DNA from: Halomonas sp.
GTDB taxonomy: Bacteria; Pseudomonadota; Gammaproteobacteria; Pseudomonadales; Halomonadaceae
Assembly (NCBI GenBank): GCA_020201075.1
Contig: JAIVHL010000130.1
Location: 1-47,371 of the forward strand
DNA: 47,371 bases
Direction of reading: 5' to 3'
A model generated the notes under the pieces. The model saw only the letters and a list, made by a program, of their open reading frames with translations, was not told the DNA's origin and searched no databases. A program made the position numbers and the translations under genes. This document shows positions 1 through 8,755 of this stretch, one piece after another. The number at the start of each line of letters is the position of its first letter. Position 1 is the stretch's first letter.

Positions 1-1077
1 GCCGTGGTCACCGCCTGGCAGGAGACCGGGCTCGAAGCCCGCGGGCATCATGACGCCGTGGCCTTTGCCCCGGGGGAGCTGCTCACCGGCAAGGGCGACT
101 ACTACGGTGTCTTCACCCCGTTCTCGAAAAGCTGGCATCGCCAGCTGACGGCGGAGCGCCTGGCGCTGAGCGACACCCCCGCTCCCCAGGCTTCCACCGG
201 CATCGCCAATGACCCGCTGCCCGAATTACCCCCTCTCGCGGACACCCCTATCGATGGCCGCCAGTGGCCCGCCGGAGAGGGGCCGGCCGCCGACCGCCTG
301 GAGCGCTTCCTGCGCTTTCGTGGACGCCACTATGGGCGCCAGCGCGACTTTCCGGCGATTCGCGGTACCAGTGAGCTCTCACCTTATCTGGCGCTTGGCA
401 TGATCTCGCATCGCCAGTGCCTGCAGGCGGTGGTAGCCGAGAACGACGGCAGCCTGGCCGAAGGCGATGCCGGTCTTGTTGCCTGGGTGAACGAGCTGGT
501 GTGGCGTGAGTTCTACCGCCACGTGGCGGTAGGCTTCCCCCAAGTGTGCCGTCACCGCCCCTTCCAGGCCCACACCGAGGGGCTGGCCTGGCGGGATGAT
601 GACGAAGGTTTCTCCGCCTGGTGCGAAGGTCGCACCGGCTACCCCATCGTCGATGCCGCCATGCGCCAGCTGCTCGCCACCGGCTGGATGCACAACCGCC
701 TGCGCATGATCACCGCCATGTTCCTCAGCAAGCACCTGCTGATCGACTGGCGTCGGGGCGAGGCCTTTTTCATGCGCCATCTGGTGGACGGAGAATTTTG
801 CGCCAACAACGGCGGCTGGCAGTGGGCGGCCTCCACCGGCACTGACGCTGCGCCCTACTTCCGTATCTTCAATCCCACCACCCAGTCGAGCCGCTTCGAC
901 CCCGAAGGGACCTTCCTGGCCGAGTGGCTGCCGACGCTGGCCGACCTGCCCGCCAAGGCGCGACACGCACCGCCCCGGGACCTGCTCGGTGGCGTCGACT
1001 ATCCGCCACCCATTGTCGACCACAAGGCGGCCCGGGCCAGAGCCCTGGAGGCTTTCAAAGCGCTCAAGGCCGACTGA
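1..1077 (+). CDS. phrB: Deoxyribodipyrimidine (class I CPD) photolyase, 5'-truncated by window edge
   Basis: GTSELSPYL, WREFY, GRTGYPIVDAAMRQL, GWMHNRLRM, NNGGWQWAASTG, PYFRIFNP motifs. Confidence 0.95.
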   Translation, partial: AVVTAWQETGLEARGHHDAVAFAPGELLTGKGDYYGVFTPFSKSWHRQLTAERLALSDTPAPQASTGIANDPLPELPPLADTPIDGRQWPAGEGPAADRLERFLRFRGRHYGRQRDFPAIRGTSELSPYLALGMISHRQCLQAVVAENDGSLAEGDAGLVAWVNELVWREFYRHVAVGFPQVCRHRPFQAHTEGLAWRDDDEGFSAWCEGRTGYPIVDAAMRQLLATGWMHNRLRMITAMFLSKHLLIDWRRGEAFFMRHLVDGEFCANNGGWQWAASTGTDAAPYFRIFNPTTQSSRFDPEGTFLAEWLPTLADLPAKARHAPPRDLLGGVDYPPPIVDHKAARARALEAFKALKAD

Positions 1078-1109
1078 TGTTTCGGCATCGCCCGTTTCAG
1101 GAGCCACCC

Positions 1110-1550
1110 ATGGCAGCGACCGCAGATGACCGGCTGGAGGCTTTCTGCGCCTTCTTTAATAAGCTAGACAAGAGCTGTACAAAAGATCTCTTCAGGTTCT
1201 ATACTCCGGATGTGGTGTTCATTGATCCGCTCCACCGGATAGAGGGCTCCGAGGCCCTGGAGCGTTATTTTTTGACCCTGTACGAAAACGTGACAGCATG
1301 CCGATTCAGCTTTAATGAGCGACAAATGTTGGACGATCAGGCCTTCGCTGCCTGGACCATGTCTCTGACGCATCCGCGACTCGATGGAGGCCGAGAGATC
1401 CAGGTAGATGGCTGCTCGCACCTGACCTTCGCCGCGGATGGTCGAGTCATGCGCCACCGAGATTACTTTGACGCTGGCGCCCTGCTCTACGAGCGGTTGC
1501 CGCTACTGGGCGGCATCATACGTCGGGTAAAGAAACACATTGACGGCTGA
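1110..1550 (+). CDS. SnoaL/NTF2-like domain protein
   Basis: Y-x-x-D-V-x-F-x-DP and HRDYFD motifs; AGGAG RBS before ATG 1110. Confidence 0.85.
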   Translation: MAATADDRLEAFCAFFNKLDKSCTKDLFRFYTPDVVFIDPLHRIEGSEALERYFLTLYENVTACRFSFNERQMLDDQAFAAWTMSLTHPRLDGGREIQVDGCSHLTFAADGRVMRHRDYFDAGALLYERLPLLGGIIRRVKKHIDG

Positions 1551-1606
1551 CCGATGGCTTGCGGCAGCCGACCATCCCGGCCAGAGGGCCGGCCCCTGGA
1601 GGCCTC

Positions 1607-2398
1607 ATGCCACTTAACGGCAAGCAACGCATCTGGCTCACCGGCGCTACATCCGGCATCGGTAAGGCACTCGCCGAGCGTCTGCTCGAAGACGGTCACC
1701 GAGTAGCGCTCAGCGCACGAGGTGAATCCGATCTGCAGCACCTCGCCGCCGGACGCGACAACGCGCTATTGCTGCCCCTGGACGTGAGCGACCGGGAGGC
1801 CGTGGCCCGTGCCGGTGATCGAATTGCGGAGGCTTTTGGCGGTCTCGATCTGGCGCTGCTTAACGCCGGCACCTGTGAGTATCTCGACGCTCAACAGTTC
1901 GATGTCGGGCTCGTGGAACGCGTGTTTGCCCCCAACTTCTTCGGCGCCGTCTACTGCATCGATGCGGCCTTGCCGCTGCTTCGCCGGGCCCGAGCCGAGG
2001 GCGGTCGCCCTCTTCTGGCGGCGACGTCCAGCGCCGCGGCCTATCTGCCGATGCCCCGGGCCGAGGCCTATGGCGCTTCCAAGGCGGCTCTCAGCCATTT
2101 TCTCGAAGCCCTGCGCCTCGACCTTCACGCCGAAGGGATCGACGTCAGCGTGATTCACCCCGGTTTCGTGAAGACTCCTCTCACCGATCGCAACGATTTT
2201 CCGATGCCCATGCGCGTCGGGGTCGAGCAGGCCGCAGAGGCGATCCTGGCGGGCCTTTCACGCCGCCGCCTGGATATCCATTTCCCGCGCCGCTTCACGC
2301 TGCTGTTGAAACTGATGGGCATCCTGCCCCCGGCGGTGCGACAACGCCTTGGCCTGCGCCTGGTAAGACCAGCAACCACTTCGGAGAACGCGCCATGA
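1607..2398 (+). CDS. Short-chain dehydrogenase/reductase
   Basis: TGATSGIG, LNAG, YGASK and HPGFVKT motifs; GGAGG RBS before ATG 1607. Confidence 0.9.
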   Translation: MPLNGKQRIWLTGATSGIGKALAERLLEDGHRVALSARGESDLQHLAAGRDNALLLPLDVSDREAVARAGDRIAEAFGGLDLALLNAGTCEYLDAQQFDVGLVERVFAPNFFGAVYCIDAALPLLRRARAEGGRPLLAATSSAAAYLPMPRAEAYGASKAALSHFLEALRLDLHAEGIDVSVIHPGFVKTPLTDRNDFPMPMRVGVEQAAEAILAGLSRRRLDIHFPRRFTLLLKLMGILPPAVRQRLGLRLVRPATTSENAP

Positions 2399-3744
2399 CC
2401 GCCTTTCATCGCCATCCTGCGGAGCCGGAACGCCGCATCGCCGTGATCGGCAGTGGCATCGGCGGCATGGCCGCCGCCTGGTACCTATCCAGCCACCACC
2501 AGGTGACCTTGTTCGAGGCCGCCGACCGCCTGGGTGGCCACACCGCTACCGTTGATGTAGAACTCGAAGGGCGCCACTACGCCATCGACACCGGTTTCAT
2601 TGTCTTCAACGATTGGACCTACCCCCACTTTCGTCATTTGCTGGCCAGGCTGGGAGTGCTCACCCAGCCCACCGAGATGAGCTTCTCGGTACACGAGACT
2701 GCCCGCGACTTCGAGTACAACGGCCACACCCTGTCGAGCCTGTTTGCTCAGCGACGCAATTTGCTGCGTCCCAGTTTCTACCGGCTGCTGCGCGATATCC
2801 TGCGCTTTAACCGCGAAGCGATCCTGGCCCTCGACAGCGGCACCCTCGCCCCGGACATGACGCTTGGCGAGTGGCTTGACGTCGGCAGCTACGGCGTAGC
2901 CTTTCAGCGCCACTACCTGCTGCCCATGGGCGCTGCCATCTGGTCGGCCAGCCTCCAGGATTTGCGCGACTTCCCGCTGCAGTTCTTTGTGCGTTTCTTT
3001 CGCCACCACGGCCTGCTCTCGGTGAGTGACCGTCCCCAGTGGTACACCCTGGTAGGCGGCTCGCGAAGCTACATCCCGGCGATGACCGCGCCATACGCGG
3101 AGCGCATTCGACTGTCGACCCCGGTACGCGGTATTCGCCGCCTGGTTGATGGCGTGGAAGTGCGCACCGACGCCGGAACGGAACGCTTTGACGAAGTGGT
3201 ACTGGCCTGCCATGCCGATCAGGCCCTGGCCTTGCTGGACGATCCGAGTCCCGCCGAGCGTGACATCCTCGGCGCGCTGCCCTACCAAGATAACGAAGTG
3301 GTGTTGCACACCGATACCCGGCTGCTCCCACGCCGCCGCCGAGCTTGGGCGAGCTGGAACTACCGACTCGATGGACGCGGCGAAAAAGAGCGTATCTCCG
3401 TCACCTACGACATGAATATCCTTCAGCGCCTGGAGACGCCCCACACCTTCTGCGTCACCCTCAACGACAGCGATGCCATTGACCCGGACAAGGTGTTGGG
3501 TCGTTTCACCTATGCTCACCCCCAGTTCACCTTGGCAGGGGAAGCCGCCAAGGCACGCCACGCAGAGATCTCCGGTCCCGCCTTCCGCACCCACTATTGC
3601 GGCGCCTACTGGCGCAGCGGTTTCCACGAGGACGGGGTGTGGAGTGCGCTGCGGGTGGCTCGAGGCCTGGGCTGCGACGAGGCGTCACCGCGCCCAGGCG
3701 AGCCCGGCTGGGCGCCCAACGCCCTTGAGGTCGCCGCGGCATGA
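2395..3744 (+). CDS. FAD-dependent oxidoreductase (amine-oxidase-like), putative UfaD-type fatty acyl desaturase
   Basis: IAVIGSGIGG, RLGGH, DTGFIVFN, GFHEDG motifs; ATGA overlap with SDR; neighbours are DUF1365 and cfa-like genes. Confidence 0.85.
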   Translation: MTAFHRHPAEPERRIAVIGSGIGGMAAAWYLSSHHQVTLFEAADRLGGHTATVDVELEGRHYAIDTGFIVFNDWTYPHFRHLLARLGVLTQPTEMSFSVHETARDFEYNGHTLSSLFAQRRNLLRPSFYRLLRDILRFNREAILALDSGTLAPDMTLGEWLDVGSYGVAFQRHYLLPMGAAIWSASLQDLRDFPLQFFVRFFRHHGLLSVSDRPQWYTLVGGSRSYIPAMTAPYAERIRLSTPVRGIRRLVDGVEVRTDAGTERFDEVVLACHADQALALLDDPSPAERDILGALPYQDNEVVLHTDTRLLPRRRRAWASWNYRLDGRGEKERISVTYDMNILQRLETPHTFCVTLNDSDAIDPDKVLGRFTYAHPQFTLAGEAAKARHAEISGPAFRTHYCGAYWRSGFHEDGVWSALRVARGLGCDEASPRPGEPGWAPNALEVAAA

Positions 3745-4514
3745 GCACCACGCCTCGCTCCCGCATCTACCGCGGCACCCTGCGTCACCGTCGCTTTCTG
3801 CCGCGTCACCACGCCTTCACCTATCAAGTGTGGATGGCCTGGCTGGATCTGGATGAGCTGCCCGAGCTGTTCGACGGCGTACCGGGCTTCAGTGCCCGCC
3901 GCCCGGCCCTGGCACGTTTTCGGCGCAAAGACTATCTCACTCCCCAAGACCGGCCGCTCAAACAGGCGGTACACGAGGAGATCGAGCGCCAGCTCGGCTG
4001 GGCACCGGACGGGCGCATCTGCCTGCTGACTCAGCTGCGCACCCTGGGGCTCGGCGTCAATCCGGTCTCGCTCTATTACGCCTACGACACCGAGAACCGG
4101 CTGCGCGCTGTGCTCGCTGAGGTGACCAATGTGCCCTGGGGAGAGCGCGCTCGTTATGCCTGCGCGATAGAGCCAACCCGACATAGCCACGAGGCCACCT
4201 TTGCCAAGACGATGCACGTCTCGCCCTTCAATCCCATGGACATGACCTACCGCTGGCGCTTCAACACGCCGGAAGAGCAGCTGTTGATGCACATGGAGAA
4301 CTGGCAGGGGGACGCAAAACACTTCGACGCCACCCTGACCCTGGAGGCCCGTCCGGCGACCCGCGGCGTACTGCTGAGCACCCTGGCACGCCAGCCCTGG
4401 ATGAGTCTCAAGACCCTGGCCGGCATCCACTTCGAGGCCCTGCGCCTGTGGTTCAAGCGCGTGCCGATCCATGACCACCCCGGTTCTGACCCGAGTTCCC
4501 GTAAGGAGAGTTAG
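3741..4514 (+). CDS. DUF1365 family protein, putative UfaO-type oxygenase
   Basis: H-R-R-x-x-P-x-x-H-x-F-x-Y, NPVS, AEVTNxPWGER, K-x-MHVSPF motifs. Confidence 0.85.
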   Translation: MSTTPRSRIYRGTLRHRRFLPRHHAFTYQVWMAWLDLDELPELFDGVPGFSARRPALARFRRKDYLTPQDRPLKQAVHEEIERQLGWAPDGRICLLTQLRTLGLGVNPVSLYYAYDTENRLRAVLAEVTNVPWGERARYACAIEPTRHSHEATFAKTMHVSPFNPMDMTYRWRFNTPEEQLLMHMENWQGDAKHFDATLTLEARPATRGVLLSTLARQPWMSLKTLAGIHFEALRLWFKRVPIHDHPGSDPSSRKES

Positions 4515-4516
4515 TC

Positions 4517-5788
4517 GTGAATACTCTGCGCTCCGCAAGCACTACAGACTCCGTCGTTGAGGATGCCGATCGTCTGACCCGCTGGCTGCGGCCTCGGCTG
4601 TTGAAGCAGTTGGATCGAATGGAGGGCGGCCAGGTGACCCTGATCGAGGGACACCAACGCCACCAACTCGGTCAGGGTGGCCCCCTGGACGTTACCCTGG
4701 TGGTACGCGACAGCCGCACCTGGAAGCGCCTGGCGCTAGGCGGGACCGTCGGGGCCGCCGAAGCCTATATGGACGGTGACTGGGACGTCGATGATCTGGT
4801 TGCCCTGGTACGGCTCCTTGCCGCCAATCTGGAGCGCGTCAACGGTGAAATGGAAAACGGCACGGCGCGGCTGGGTCGCTGGCTGATGGCCGCCGTCTAC
4901 CGCCTGCAGCGCAACAGCCTCAAGGGCTCGCGGCGTAATATTGCCGCCCACTACGACATCGGCAATGATCTGTTCGCCACCTTCCTGGACCAGCACCACC
5001 TGATGTACTCCAGTGCGGTGTTCCCCTATCCAGAGGCAAGCCTGGAAGAGGCGTCCACCTTCAAGCTGGACCTGATGCTCGACCGCCTCGACGTGCGCCC
5101 CCAGCATCATCTATTGGAGATCGGTACCGGCTGGGGCGGGCTGGCCATTCACGCGGCCCGCACTCGCGGCTGCCGGGTCACCACCACCACCATCTCCGAT
5201 GAGCAGTACGCCCATACCGCGCGGCGCATCGAGGAGGAGGGTCTGGGCGACCGCATCACCCTGCTCAAGCAGGACTATCGTGAGCTCTCCGGGCGCTTCG
5301 ATCGGCTGATCTCCGTGGAAATGATCGAAGCGGTGGGTCACCAATATCTGGATACCTACCTGGCCACCCTGGATCGACTGCTGACCGATGACGGCATGGC
5401 CCTGCTGCAGGCCATCACTATCCGCGACCAGCGCTTCGAGGCCGCCAAGCGCGAGATGGACTTCATCAAGCGCTACATCTTTCCGGGCGGCTTCCTACCC
5501 TCCCACCGCGCCATCCTCGATGGTCTAGCTCGGCGCACGTCCCTCAACGTGCTGGCCCTGGACGAGATCGGCACTCACTATGCGCGCACTCTGCGTGAAT
5601 GGCGCCATCGCTTCGAGGCCAACCTCGAACGGGTACGCAAGCTGGGCTATGACGAGCGTTTCATCCGCATGTGGCGCTACTACCTCTGCTACTGCGAGGG
5701 CGGTTTCCTGGAGCGCAGCATCGGCACCTGCCACCTGCTGCTGGCCAAGCCCGGTGCTCGCCCCGCCCCCCAGACCGGCAGTCACTGA
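4517..5788 (+). CDS. cfa: Cyclopropane-fatty-acyl-phospholipid synthase family SAM methyltransferase (UfaM-like)
   Basis: NIAAHYDIGND, LEIGTGWG, SVEMIEAVG, FIKRYIFPGG, WRYYLCYCEGGF. Confidence 0.88.
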   Translation: MNTLRSASTTDSVVEDADRLTRWLRPRLLKQLDRMEGGQVTLIEGHQRHQLGQGGPLDVTLVVRDSRTWKRLALGGTVGAAEAYMDGDWDVDDLVALVRLLAANLERVNGEMENGTARLGRWLMAAVYRLQRNSLKGSRRNIAAHYDIGNDLFATFLDQHHLMYSSAVFPYPEASLEEASTFKLDLMLDRLDVRPQHHLLEIGTGWGGLAIHAARTRGCRVTTTTISDEQYAHTARRIEEEGLGDRITLLKQDYRELSGRFDRLISVEMIEAVGHQYLDTYLATLDRLLTDDGMALLQAITIRDQRFEAAKREMDFIKRYIFPGGFLPSHRAILDGLARRTSLNVLALDEIGTHYARTLREWRHRFEANLERVRKLGYDERFIRMWRYYLCYCEGGFLERSIGTCHLLLAKPGARPAPQTGSH

Positions 5789-5791
5789 CCG

Positions 5792-6346
5792 ATGGCACTA
5801 TCATCTGTCCTACGCCAGCCGAGCACTCGCCGGGCGCTGCTCAACCTGGTGGCCTTCGAACTGGGCTGGCTGGCCTGCGTGCTGGGTGGCTCCTGGATCG
5901 CGGCGCCGGTCGCGTTCGTCATCTTGACCCTTCACCTCGTCTGGCAGGCGAAGCCGGGAGAGTGGCGCTGGCTGGCTGGCTTTGCCGCGATGGGACTTGT
6001 CGTGGACGGTGGCCTGACCCTGATCGGCGGCTTTGACTTCGGCGACCAACCGCTGATGTTCGGCGTACTGCCGCTGTGGATCTGGCTGCTGTGGCCGCTG
6101 TTTGCCACCCTGCTCCACCACTCTCTGGCCTGGCTGTGGCAGCGCCCTTGGCTGGCCGTGCTGGGGGGCGCCATCAGCGGTCCGGCCTCCTATTTTGCCG
6201 GTGCCAAACTGGCCGATGTGACTCTCGCGTCCTGGCTGCTCCCCGTTCAAGCGCTGGTGTGGGGCCTGCTCTGTCTGTGGCTGTGCCGGCAACTCGGTAA
6301 AGGTTCGAAGTGCACCCGGCGTGCATTCCCTCTGCGTGGACAGTAG
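5792..6346 (+). CDS. DUF2878 family membrane protein
   Basis: Hydrophobic protein with N-x-x-x-F-x-x-GW-x-x-CV, PLW-x-x-LLW and GP-x-SY-x-AG; usual position after the cfa-like gene. Confidence 0.75.
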   Translation: MALSSVLRQPSTRRALLNLVAFELGWLACVLGGSWIAAPVAFVILTLHLVWQAKPGEWRWLAGFAAMGLVVDGGLTLIGGFDFGDQPLMFGVLPLWIWLLWPLFATLLHHSLAWLWQRPWLAVLGGAISGPASYFAGAKLADVTLASWLLPVQALVWGLLCLWLCRQLGKGSKCTRRAFPLRGQ

Positions 6347-6418
6347 ACTTGACCACTGTCGCCTGGCGGAGGCCTGTCGCCTGCCGCGCACCATAACTTC
6401 GACCTTCGGAATGACCCA

Positions 6419-6934
6419 GTGACCAAGCAACACTCCTTTGATCGCGAAGACCTGCTGGCCTGCTCCCGCGGCGAGCTCTTCGGCCCTGGCAACGCCCAGC
6501 TACCGGCTCCCAACATGCTGATGCTCGACCGCGTCACTCGCATCTATGAGGATGGCGGTGACTTCGGCAAGGGCGAGCTGATCGCCGAACTGGACATCGA
6601 CCCCAAGCTGTGGTTTTTCGAGTGCCACTTTCCTGGCGATCCGGTGATGCCTGGATGTCTAGGTCTGGACGCCATGTGGCAGCTGGTCGGTTTCTACCTG
6701 GGCTGGCTCGGCCATCCTGGACGCGGCCGCGCCTTGGGCTGTGGCGAAGTCAAGTTCACTGGCCAGATACTGCCCGAGGCCGGTAAGGTCACCTACAAGA
6801 TCGATATCAAGCGCATCATCACTCGGCGCCTGATTCTTGGCATGGCCGACGGCACCGTGTCGGTCGATGGCCGTGATATCTACCAGGCCACCGATCTACG
6901 CGTGGGCCTGTTTACTTCCACCGCGAACTTCTGA
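6419..6934 (+). CDS. fabA: 3-hydroxydecanoyl-ACP dehydratase/isomerase
   Basis: [33 protein letters not shown]; GTG start. Confidence 0.96.
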   Translation: MTKQHSFDREDLLACSRGELFGPGNAQLPAPNMLMLDRVTRIYEDGGDFGKGELIAELDIDPKLWFFECHFPGDPVMPGCLGLDAMWQLVGFYLGWLGHPGRGRALGCGEVKFTGQILPEAGKVTYKIDIKRIITRRLILGMADGTVSVDGRDIYQATDLRVGLFTSTANF

Positions 6935-6948
6935 ATCAGGAGGCTTCC

Positions 6949-7877
6949 ATGCGACGAGTGGTAGTCACCGGCCTGGGCATCGTGTCCTGCCTGGGCAACG
7001 ACCGTCAGGCTGTTCTCGAGGCACTCAGGGAAGGGCGCTCGGGTATTCGCTTCAAAGATGATTACGCCGCAGTACCGTCTCCGCCTGCCTGGCCACGCCG
7101 TTCAAGATCAAGGGGGTCAACTACTCTATCTCCTCGGCATGCGCCACCTCGGCTCACTGCATCGGCAGCGCCATGGAGCAGATCCAGATGGGCAAGCAGG
7201 ACGTGGTCTTCGCCGGCGGTGGCGAAGAGGAGCATTGGACCCTCTCCTGCCTGTTTGACGCCATGGGCGCGCTCTCCACCCAGTACAACGACACCCCCGA
7301 CAAGGCGTCACGGCCCTATGACCAGGCCCGCGACGGCTTCGTTATCGCCGGTGGCGGCGGCATGGTCGTTCTCGAGGAGCTGGAGCATGCCCGCGCACGA
7401 GGCGCGAAGATCTATGCGGAAGTCGTTGGCTACGGTGCCACCTCTGACGGCCACGACATGGTCGCCCCCTCCGGCGAGGGTGCGGTGCGCTGCATGCGTC
7501 AAGCCATGGCCACGGTGGAAGGCGAGATCGACTACATCAATACCCACGGCACCTCCACGCCGGTGGGCGACGTGGCCGAGCTCAAGGCGATCCGTGAGGT
7601 GTTCGGCGACACTACGCCGGCCATGAGCTCTACCAAGTCGCTCACCGGTCACTCGCTGGGTGCCACCGGCGTGCAGGAGGCGATCTACTCGCTGCTGATG
7701 ATGGAGAACGACTTCATCGCCGCCTCGGCCAACGTCGATACCCTGGACGAACAGGCCGACGGCTTTGATATCGTCACCCAGTGTCGCGACAACGTGAAGA
7801 TTAACCGCGTGCTCTCCAACAGCTTCGGCTTCGGCGGTACCAATGCTTGTCTGGTGCTGGAGAAGTTTACCAACTGA
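6949..7877 (+). pseudogene. fabB: Beta-ketoacyl-ACP synthase I, disrupted by ~290-bp internal deletion plus frameshift at ~7069 (probably artefact)
   Basis: N-terminus [17 protein letters not shown]; from 7071 a different frame reads [32 protein letters not shown]...INTHGTST...KSLTGHSLG...[10 protein letters not shown]. Confidence 0.92.
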
Positions 7878-7921
7878 CGCGACATGAATGAATGAGTCCC
7901 ACGGGCCGATCAAGCCTCGGT

Positions 7922-7963
7922 CCAACGCAAGGAGGCGCCCCATGGGGCGCCTCCTTGCGTTGG
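7922..7963. terminator. Perfect 42-bp palindrome between convergent fabB and plsC; probable bidirectional terminator
   Basis: CCAACGCAAGGAGGCGCCCCA|TGGGGCGCCTCCTTGCGTTGG. Confidence 0.75.
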
Positions 7964-7990
7964 TAGATCTGGCGTTGATGCCTTCTCGTC

Positions 7991-8755
7991 TCAGACCGCT
8001 TTCTTCTCGACGTTAACCGTCGGTGTCGGCGAGGACGGCCGCGGCACATCGGAGATCTCGATGAGCGTTGCCTCTATCCAGGTCTCCACCTCCACCAGCA
8101 CCTCTTCCGGGGTGCGTCCGGTGGTCTCGATGGCCTCGCCCACCACCAGCGACAGCCGCCCCGGGTTCTTGACCCAATGGCGCCCCGGCCAGCGCTCGCC
8201 GGCGTTGTGGGCTATCGGCACCACCGGTACGCCGGCGCGACAGGCGATCACCGGGCCGCTCTTGTTGTAGCGCTTGCGTTCCCCCGGCGCGACCCGTGTG
8301 CCCTCAGGAAAGATCAGCACCGAGAGCCCCTCTTCCAGACGCTGCTTGCCCTGGGTGAGCACCTGCTTCATGGCCCGGGCGGGCCTGCTGCGATCCAGGG
8401 CGATGGGGTGCAGCAGTCGCAGCCCCCAGCCGAAGAGAGGAATATGCAGCAGCTCCTGTTTCAGCACGGTGCATATTGGCGGCTTGAGGACCTGCAGGTA
8501 GATGGTTTCCCACTCGCTCTGATGGTTGGATACGATCACACAGGGGCCAGCAGGCAGGCGCTCGCGTCCGCGGATCTCATAGCGCACCCCGCACGCCCAC
8601 CGAAACCAGGCGGTGATCAAATGATTGTAGACGTTGAGCAGACGGTAGCGGCTGGTCAACGGCAACAGGGGCGCAAGCGGCACGAACAGCAGGCCGCACA
8701 CCAGCATGATAAGGAAGTAGCCTATATAGAAGATCAGGCTGCGCAGGGCATTCAT
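7991..8755 (-). CDS. plsC: 1-acyl-sn-glycerol-3-phosphate acyltransferase family protein
   Basis: NHQSEWE (HX4D/E) and IFPEGTR motifs. Confidence 0.88.
   Translation of the reverse strand: MNALRSLIFYIGYFLIMLVCGLLFVPLAPLLPLTSRYRLLNVYNHLITAWFRWACGVRYEIRGRERLPAGPCVIVSNHQSEWETIYLQVLKPPICTVLKQELLHIPLFGWGLRLLHPIALDRSRPARAMKQVLTQGKQRLEEGLSVLIFPEGTRVAPGERKRYNKSGPVIACRAGVPVVPIAHNAGERWPGRHWVKNPGRLSLVVGEAIETTGRTPEEVLVEVETWIEATLIEISDVPRPSSPTPTVNVEKKAV

Noticed and set aside
924-1109. N-terminal extensions in the ORF track (SnoaL from 924; also rpsM, rpsJ, rpsL, rplJ, rpmD, nusG, ssb, yajR)
   Set aside because: Downstream starts match family N-termini, most with a clear RBS; the extensions overlap other genes, promoters or leaders.
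1140-1340. Locally lower GC in the SnoaL gene suggesting horizontal transfer
   Set aside because: Short stretch inside a gene that fits the conserved operon; no mobility signatures.
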